A stretch of DNA of 64,000 nt, from NCBI GenBank assembly GCA_041601615.1, contig JBFIHX010000001.1, positions 352,001-416,000 on the forward strand, given 5' to 3'. This stretch comes from Thermoplasmatota archaeon. Lineage in GTDB: Archaea; Thermoplasmatota; E2; JACPAO01; JAHFTW01. The translations under genes and the position numbers were made by a program. Below, piece after piece: positions 1 through 9,200 of this stretch; positions within the stretch are counted from its first letter, which is position 1, and each line of letters starts with the position of its first letter. Under the pieces are notes generated by a model. That model saw only the letters and a program-made list of their open reading frames with translations. It did not search any database and was not told where the DNA came from.

Positions 1-265
1 TTGCTCCAGTCGAGTCGTTGGACTTCGAGGGGTGCTTCGTGGTAGACGAGTTGCAGCACTTCGTCGAGGCCTTCCCAGGCAAATGCGGTGCGCAGAATGT
101 CGTGGCGGGTGACGAGGGTGCGCCAGGCGGCTTCGAGGGCGTCGAGGTTGATGGGTCCGTCGAGGTGGAAGGCGCTTTGTTCGACGTAGACGCCGGTTTC
201 GGGTTCACGCAGGGAGTGGAAGAGCATGCCTTCCTGCATGGGGGTGAGGGGGTAGGCGTCGGCGA
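1..265 (-). other. NRPS domain: start of the fourth condensation domain (DCL-type, after the E domain)
   Basis: DAYPLTPMQEGMLFHSLREPETGVYVEQ...RHDILRTAFAWEGL, the typical start of a C domain downstream of an epimerase. Confidence 0.85.
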
Positions 266-3200
266 CTTGGCTGGTGCGGCCGGCGAGGGCGCGTTGCAGT
301 TGGGCGGCTGGGGCGCGTACGAGGGGGAAGCGGGCGGCTTCGTTGCTGCCTTGGCGCTCGGCGCGGGCTTTCCAGGTCTGGGCCATGTCTTGCAGGACTT
401 GTTGGAATCGGTCGGCGACGCGTTGGATGGTTGCTTCGTGGTGGATAGAGTCCGCATACGAAAATCGCATGGACAATTGGCCGTGGGTGACGGCGCCGTT
501 GAGTTCCAGCACGCGGTTGCGGGCGCCGACTGGTGCTACGTCGTCGCCGTGGGCGTCGTCGAGCATGCGCAGTTTGGCAGGGGGCCCGTCGCTGGGCGCG
601 TCGTCGAATCGGCCAAGATAATTGAAGGAGACTTCGGGCGCGGCGAGGGCCGCAAGTTGGGCGCGGGCTGCGTTGGGTCCGAGGTATTCGAGGAGGCCGT
701 GTCCGATTCCTCGGTTGGGGACGGCGCGTAGGGTTTCGCGTACGGCGTCGAGGGTGGCGTCGTTGCTGGTGCCGGGCAGGTCGATGCGCAGGGGGTAGGT
801 GGTGGTGAACCATCCGACGGTGCGGTTGGTGTCTACGTCGTCGAGGATGTCTTCGCGGCCGTGGCCTTCCATGTCGACGAGGACTTGGTTTTGGCCGGTC
901 CATTCGGCAAGGGCGGTGGCGAGGGCGGCGAGGAGGGCTTCTTCGGTGCGGGCACCACTGGCGCGGGGTAGGTCGCGAAGGAGTGCTTCGGTGTAGTCGC
1001 GGCCCAAGGTGACGTGGATGTGTTGTTCGTGATCGGTGGTGTTTTCGCCGTCGCTGTCGCGGGGTAGGCGGGTGTCTAGGGTTTGTTGGGTCCAGTAGGG
1101 CAGTTGTGCTTGGAGTTCCTCGTCGTGGGTGGCGTGGTCGACGAGTTTGGTTGCCCAATCACGGAAAGCCGTGGATTTGGGGGGTAGTTCGGCTTCGGGG
1201 TCGGCAAACAGGGTTTCGAGGTCTTCGAGGATGATGCGCCACGAAACGCCATCCACGACCAAGTGGTGCACGGCGATCAGCAGTTTGCGAGGACGTTCGG
1301 CGCCGAGGTCGAAGAGGACGGCGCGCACGTTGTGGCCGGTGGTGGGGTCGAGACTGGCTTGGGCTTCTTGGCAGGCTTCGAGCATCGCGGCGTCGGCGGC
1401 GGCGGCCGAATGGTCTCCGAGTCCGATGCGGGCGTAGGCGTCATGACTCGCGGCGTCGGGGGAAACGTGGTCTTGGGTCCAGCCATTGGCGCCGGATTGG
1501 AAGCGCAATCGTAGTGCGTCGTGGTGGGACAGGATGCGTTGGATGGCCTGTTCTATGGCGGTGTCCGGAACCGAGTCGGCGACTTCGAGCAACACGGACT
1601 GGTTGAAGTGGTGGCGTGCGGGCAGGTCGCGGGCAAAGAACCAGTGCTGAATGGGGGTGAGCGGCACGGTTCCTTCGACGAGTCCTTGCTCGGCTTGCAC
1701 TTCCTTTTCCGTGGCAGCCACGGCGGCGAGGGCGGCTACGGTTTGGTGGTCAAACAGGGCGCGGGTGGTGATGGCGAGGCCGCGTTTTTGGGCCCGGGCG
1801 ACCACTTGGATGCTCAGAATGCTGTCGCCGCCAAGTTCGAAGAAGTTGTCGTGGATGCCGACGCGGGGCACGCGCAGCACTTCTTGCCAGACTTTGGCAA
1901 GTTCCGCTTCGCGGGGGGTGCGAGGTGCTACGAAGGTGGCGCTGCTGGTGAGGGCCGAGGCGCTTGGGTCGGGAAGGGCGCGGCGGTCGACTTTGCCGTT
2001 GGGTGTGAGCGGCAGGGCGTCGAGGACCACGAACGCAGAGGGGACCATGTGGCCGGGGAGCCTAGTTTCGAGGTGTTGCCGGCAGGTGGCTGCGTCGGTG
2101 TTGCCGGTGAGGTAGGCGACGAGTCGTTTGTCGCCGGGTACGTCTTCGCGCGCCATGACGATGACCTCCGAAACGTCAGGGTGTTCGAGGAGCGTGGATT
2201 CCACTTCTCCGAGCTCGATGCGGTAGCCGCGGATCTTGACTTGGTGGTCGATGCGGCCCAAGAATTCCAGTTGGCCGTCGGCCAGGCGGCGTACGAGGTC
2301 GCCGGTGCGGTAGAGTCGAGCACCTGGTTTTTCGGGGTGCGGGATGAATCGGTCGGCGGTGAGTTCGGGGCGGTTGTGGTAGCCTCGTGCGAGGCCTGCT
2401 CCGCCGGCGTGCAGTTCGCCGGGGACTCCGATGGGCACGGGTCGGCCGTTGGCGTCGAGTACGTGGGCTTCCATGTTGGGAAGTGGGTGGCCGATGGGCA
2501 GGACGCGGCGTGGGGGGTCTTCGGCAAAGTGCGCGGTGACGCAGACGCTGGTTTCGGTGGGTCCGTACGCGTTGACGAATCGGCGGCCTTTGCTCCAGTG
2601 TTGCACGAGGGGCGGGGCGCAGGCTTCTCCGGCGACGATGAGGGTGTGGAGGCGAGGAAAATCGGTGTTGGTGTCGAGGGTGGCAAGTGCCGTGGGAGGG
2701 AGTGTTGCGAGGGTGATGTGTTGGTCTTGGAGCATGTGGGCCAGGTCGTCTCCGGCGAGGGTTGTGCCGGCGGAAGGGAGGACGAGGGCGGCGCCGTGTG
2801 TGAGGGCCATGAGCCATTCCCAGACGCTGGCGTCGAAGCTTGCGGAGGCAAATTGTAGGACGCGGTCGCCTGGGCCGGGGGCAAATAGGACGCCGTGGGA
2901 CATGGCGAGGTTTGCGGCTCCCAGATGCTCGAGGAGGACACCTTTGGGTTGGCCGGTGCTGCCGCTGGTGTAGATGATGTACGCGAGGTCGTCGGGCGCA
3001 ACGACGGGGAGTGCTACGGCTTCAGCGGGATCATTGGATCCGGGTCCGTCGAGCAGGTACAATCGGTCGCCGTCCACGGGCAATCGTTCGGCGAGGTCTG
3101 TGTGGGTCAAGACGAGGCGGGGGGCTGCGTCTTCGATCATGAATGCGAGTCGTTCGCGGGGGTAGGACGGGTCGAGGGGAATGTAGGCAGCACCGGCTTT

Positions 3201-6200
3201 CAAGACGGCGAGGACTGCAATGGTGGTGTCGAGGGAGCGCCTGGTGGAGATGCCGACGAGGTCGCCGTGGCGAATGCCGAGGCCGATGATGCGGTGGGCA
3301 AGGTGGGTGGATGCGGTGTCCAATTCTGCATACGTCAATTCGGCGTCGCCTTGGATGAGGGCGGGCGCGTCCGGGGTGGCTTGTGCTTGGGCCGAGAACA
3401 TGGTGTGCAACACGGCGGGCTCAGGCAGTGCGCGTTTGGTTTGGTTCCAGGATTCGATTTGTGCTTCTTCGGCGGCTTCCAGCATGGATGCATGGGCCAC
3501 GGCGCGGTCGGGTTCGGCCACCATGGCAGCGAGGAGAGCCGTGAAGTGGGTCGCCATGCGCTCGGCGGTTTCGGGGGCAAAGAGGTCGGTGCTGTATTCG
3601 AGGAATCCGTCCATTTCTGCCGCGTCGTCGCCGTCGGTGAGTGCGAGGGTGAGGTCGAATTTTGCGGTCTCGGCGGGGACATGGAAGTGGCTCCATTGCA
3701 GTTCGTTGGGGCCCGGTTCGCTCGGGGTTTGGGCGCTGGCTTGGAGTAGGAAGGCAACTTGGAACAGGGGGGTTCGGTCGAGTTCGCGGGCGATGCCGAG
3801 TTCTTCGACGACGTGTTCGAGGGGCGCTTCTTGATGGGCGTAGGCGTTCAGTGCTGTGGTTTTTGCCTGGGCAAGCAGGGTGCGGAAGGAGGGCGTGTCG
3901 GAGAAGTCGGCGCGGAGGGCGAGGGTGTTGACGAAGAATCCGATGAGGTTGTGGGTTTCTTCGTGGTCGCGTCCGGCGATGGGGGTGCCGACGGCGAAGT
4001 CCTCTTGGCCGGAGTAGCGGTGCAGGAGGGATTGCCATGCGGCGAGGAGGCCCATGTGCAGGGTTGCTCCGGTGTCGTTGCAGAGGGAGCGGAGGCCGTC
4101 GAGGACGGTGCCGGGGATGCGAACGGGTGTTGTTGCGCCGTGGTTGGTGGGGGCGGCAGGCCGTGCGTGGTCGGTGGGCAAGTCGAGGGGCGGTAGGCTA
4201 GCTAGTTGTTGTTTCCAGTAGGCGAGTTGGTCGTCGAGTGTGCCGGCTTCGAGGCGGCTGCGCGTGGCGGCTGCGTGTTGTGCGTAGGTGCGTGGGAGGT
4301 TTTTGAAGCGGGGCGGGGCGCCTTGGATGCGTGCGTGGTAGGCGAGGCGTAGGTCGGCTAGGAGTACGTCTTCGCTCCATTCGTCGAAGGCGATGTGGTG
4401 GACGCCGATGAGCAGGATGTGGTGTTCGGGGGCGAGGGTTACGAGGGTGGCGCGCACGATCGGGCCGGTGGCGAGGTCGAATGGTTCGTGGGCGGCGTCT
4501 TGGAGGATGCAGCGGGCGTCTTCCTCGTCTTCGGCTTTGATGATTTGGAGGGGGATTTGGTCTTCGGCTAGGAGTTTGGGAGTGGGTATGCCGTGGTCGT
4601 TGCGGGGGAATATGGTGCGCAGGGTAGGGTGGCGGTGGATGACTTCGCCCAGTGCTTGTTGTAGGACGGCGGTGTCGAGGGGGCCTTGGATGCGGCGCAG
4701 TACGGCCATGTTGTATGCGGCGCTTGCGGGGTCCAGGTCGTGCAAGAACAGCATGCGTTGTTGTTGGAAGCTGATGCTGCCTGTTGCGTCCGAGGCGTCG
4801 TTTGCGTCGTTGGCTTCGTGTAGGCTGTCTACGAGGGCGGCTTGGGCTTCGAGAGTCAAGGCCGCAAGGAGGTCGCGCAGAGGTACTTCCACGGCGAGAA
4901 CGCTGCGGATGCGGCTTGCGAGTCTGGTGGCAAGCAAGGAGTGTCCGCCGCGTTGGAAGAAGTGGTCGTGGACGGTTACGTTGGAGACTTGCAGGAGATC
5001 TTGCCAGAGTTCGGCCAGTGCTTGCTCGGTGTCGGTGCGGGGCGCTACGAGTTTGGCGTCGTATCCGGGGGCGGTGGCGGGGTCGACGGATTCGGGCGCG
5101 GGGAGTGCTGCTAGGTCGATTTTTTTGTTCGGGGTGAGGGGCAGTTCGTCCAGGGTGACGAAGGTGGACGGGACCATGTGTTGGGGTAGTCGCTTGCCGA
5201 GGGCTTTGCGAAGGCCGCTTGCATCAAAGCCTGGTTCCATGGCGACGTAGGCGACGAGCCTTGCGCTGCTTCCGGCTGTGCTGTGGGCGACCACGGCGGC
5301 TTGTTGGACTCCGGGTTCTTGGCGTAGGGCGTGTTCGATGTCGCCGGGTTCGATGCGGAAGCCGCGTACCTTGAGTTGGCGGTCCATGCGGCCGTGAAAC
5401 AGCAGCGTTCCGTCGGGGGCCCAGCTTGCTAGGTCGCCGGTTCGGTACATGCGCTTGCCGGGTTCGAATGGATCTTCTACGAATTTCTCGGCGGTCAATT
5501 CGGGTCGTTCGAGATAGCCGGCGCCAACGCCTGCTCCGGCAAGGCACAGTTCTCCGCGTACACCCACGGGGGCGAGTTGGTTTTGGGGGTCGAGGATGTA
5601 GGCGCGGGTGTTGGCGAGGGGGCGGCCGATGGGCATGGCCGCTTCGTCTCCGGTTACGGGGTGGATCGTGGACCAAATGGTGGTCTCGGTGGGTCCGTAG
5701 ACGTTCCACAGGGAGGCTGTTCGTGATCGAAGCGATTGGGCAAGGTCCATGGGGAGGGCTTCGCCGCCGCACAGGGCGCGTAGGTTGGGATTTCCGCCCC
5801 AGTCTTCATCGACGAGCATGCGCCAGGTTGCGGGGGTTGCCTGCATCAGGTTCGCGTTGTCGGCAAGCGGTGCAAGGTACCGTGGGTCCGTGGCTTGTTT
5901 CTTGGTGGCGAGGACGATGGTGGCGCCGCTTACGAGGGGCAAGAACAGTTCCAGTGCGGCGATGTCGAAGCTGATGGTGGTGACGGCGAGCAGTCGGTCC
6001 GTGGATTGTACGTCGAGTTGGGCGCGGAAGGCTCCGAGGAGGTTGCGCAGTGCTTCGTGGCCGACCATGACGCCCTTGGGGGTGCCGGTGCTGCCGCTGG
6101 TGTGCAGGACGTACGCTAGGTCGGTGGAAAGATCCGTGCGGGGGGCAATGTGGACGTCGTTGTCGGTTTCGGGGGCGTCCACGGCGAGGCGGATGCAAGA

Positions 6201-9200
6201 GGACGGCAGCGCGTTTCGAGTGGATGTTGTGCAGAGGACGAGTTGGATGTCTGCGTCGGCGAGCACGAGGGCGGTGCGGGAGGCGGGGTGGTCGGGATCC
6301 AGGGGAACGTAGGCAGCACCTACGCGGTGGACGGCAAGCAGGCTGGCGACTAGGTCGAATCCGCGCGGCATGCAGACGGCGACCATGGTTCCGGGTCCGG
6401 CGCCTCGTGCTTGGATGCGTGCGGCGATGGCGTCCACGCGGGTGTTCAGGGCTTGGTAGGTGCAGGGGATGCCTTCGCATTCGATTGCGACTGCATTGGG
6501 GGTTTGTGTTGCGTGGTTGCGCACGGCGGCCTCGGCGGATACGGCCATGATGGGCGTTGCATCGGGGTTGAAGGCAAGCAAGCTCGATGCTTCAGCGGGG
6601 GATTGGAGGGGCAGGTTGCCTACGGGGGTGTTGGGTTCTGTGATGGCGGCGTCTAGGAGGTGCTGGAAGGATGCTGCGAATCGTTGGGCCCATGCGGCGT
6701 CGAAGAGGTCGGTGCTGTATTCGAGGCTGGCACGGATTCCGGCGGGGGTGTCTTGCACGAACAGCGATACGTCGAATTTGCTGGTTGGTGTTGGCACCAT
6801 CCATGTTTCCATGTGGAGGCCGGGGATGGCGTCCATGTTGGTGTTGGCGTGTTCGAAGGAGAAGAATGCGTGCGCGAGTTCGCCCGTGGCGTGGGGGCGT
6901 TGGGCGTGTATGTGGCTGGCTAGTTCGGCGTAGGCTACGTCGTGTGCGTAGGCTTCGCTGCATGTGGCTCGGACGTTTGTGAGGTGGTTTTGGAAGGTTT
7001 GCGCTGCGTCAAGGTGGGCGGGAATGGCGAGGGTGTTGACGAACATCCCCACGACGTTGTTCCAGTGCTCGGAGGGTCGGCCGGAGCTTGGGGCGGCGAC
7101 GGCAAAATCGATTTGTCCGCTGAATCGATGCAGGGTCGCTTGGAAGGCCGCCAGGAGCGTCATGAAGGGGGTCGCGGAGGCGGAGGCAGAGACTGCTTGG
7201 AGTTGCGGGCGGGGAACTTGGAGTTTGAAGTGGTGGTGGGCGCCGTGGAACGTGCGGGTGGCGGGCGCTGCATGCGTGGTGGGAAGATCGAGGGGCCGAG
7301 CGGCAAGGAGCCTTTGGCTCCAGGATTCGAGCGCGGCTCGCTTTGGGGCGGGGTCTTGGTGGGCTTGCCAGTGGGCGAAGTCTCCGTATTGTAGCTCGGC
7401 GGGGCCCATGCTTGGCTCGCCGTTGCGGGCGGCTGTGTATGCGGCGCCGAGGTCGTTTAGGAGGACCTGGTGGGAGTGTTCGTCGAAGGCAAAGTGGTGC
7501 AGGACCAGCAGGAGTACGTGGTCGTCGTCGGCGCGGCACAGGAGGGTGGCTCGAAGGACGGGGCCGTGTTGTAGGTCGAAGGGCTGGGCGGCCGATTCGT
7601 CCATGATGGCATGGAGCCGTTCGGTTTGTGGGTCCGTTTCGAGGGTGCGAAGGTCGTGGAATGCGAGGTCCACTTGGGCTTCGCTGGCGTCGAGTACGAC
7701 TTGCACGGGGGCGCCTTCTGCCTCCAAGACCACGGTGCGAAGTGCTTCATGCTTGGTGACGACGGCTTGAATGGCGGCGCCGAGGGCGTCTCTGTCGAGG
7801 CTTCCCGTGAGTTGGTGCGCGAAGGCCATGTTGTAGGCGGCGCTTGTGGGGTCCATTTGGTGCAGGAACCACATGCGTTCTTGTGCCGGGGAGAGCGGGA
7901 GTCCGGTGCGGTTGGCGAGGGGTTCGGGACGGGGTTCGTCGGGGCCTGCATCGATGGCGAGGGCCTGGTCGATGGCGGTGGCGAGGTCTCGTAGTTTTGG
8001 GGTTGCGAAAACGTGGCGCAGGGGCAGCGTGATTCCTTGGTCTTCGCGGATGCGGGCGACTAGACGTGTTGCTAGGAGGCTGTGTCCGCCGAGTGCAAAA
8101 AAGTCGTCTGCTCGGCCTACGTTTTCGACGCCAAGCACCTCTTTCCAGAGGGCCGCGAGCGCGTGTTCCGTGGCGGTTTGAGCCGGTTCGTGGGTGGCGG
8201 TTCGTGCCAGGTGGTCTTCGTCGGGGGCGGGGAGTTTCGCGGTGTCCACTTTGCCGTTGGGCAGAAGCGGAATGGCGGGGAGGGTCACGAAGGCTGCCGG
8301 GACCATGTGGCTGGGCAGTTGTGCCGCAAGGTGCTGGCGAAGGAGGGCCGGGAGCTCCGGTTCGTCGGGCGTTTTGGCGACGACGTAGGCAACGAGGCGT
8401 GGTTCTGCTTGACTCCGATGGACGCTGACGACGGCGTTGGTGACTTGTTTGTGGCTGCGCAGGGCTACTTCGATTTCGCCGGGTTCGATGCGGAAGCCGC
8501 GGATTTTGACTTGGCGATCGATGCGGCCCAGGTAGTCGAGGGTGCCGTCGGGCAGCCAGCGCACGAGGTCGCCTGTGCAGTAGGTGCGGGTGCCGTCGGG
8601 AGCCGTCAGGAATTTTTCGGCGCTGAGCTCGGGCCGTCCCAGGTAGCCAGTGGCAACACCGTGGCCTTGGATGCGCAGTTCGCCGGGAACACCGGGCAGA
8701 GTGAGGTTGCCGTGGCGGTCGACGACGGTCAAGGTTGTGCCGGGTACGGCGGTTCCGATCGGGATGCGTGGCGCGTCGAGGTCTTGGGGCCGGACACGGT
8801 GCGCGGTGCTGTAGATGGTGGTCTCGGTGGGGCCGTAGCCGTTGTAGAGCTGGGCGGCGCGGGCGAGGATGGCGCGCGATAGGTCTGGTGCGAGGGGTTC
8901 GCCGCCGCTGAGTGCCCGGAGTCGCCGGTGGGATTCGGGGACTTTGGGCCAGCCGGCGTCCACGAGCATGCGCCAAGTTGCGGGGGTTGCCTGCATCAGG
9001 GTCGCGGTGGGAACGAGTGCTGCGAGGGCTTCGGAGTCGCGGGCGGTTTCGCGCGAGACAAGCGAAAGGGTTGCGCCGGTGATGAGGGGCAGCAAGAGTT
9101 CCATGGTGCCGATGTCGAAGCTGAGGGTCGTGATGCTCAGCAAGGTGTCCTCGGGGGTTACTTCGAGGCGGTTTTGCATGGCCGCGAGGAGGTTGCAGAG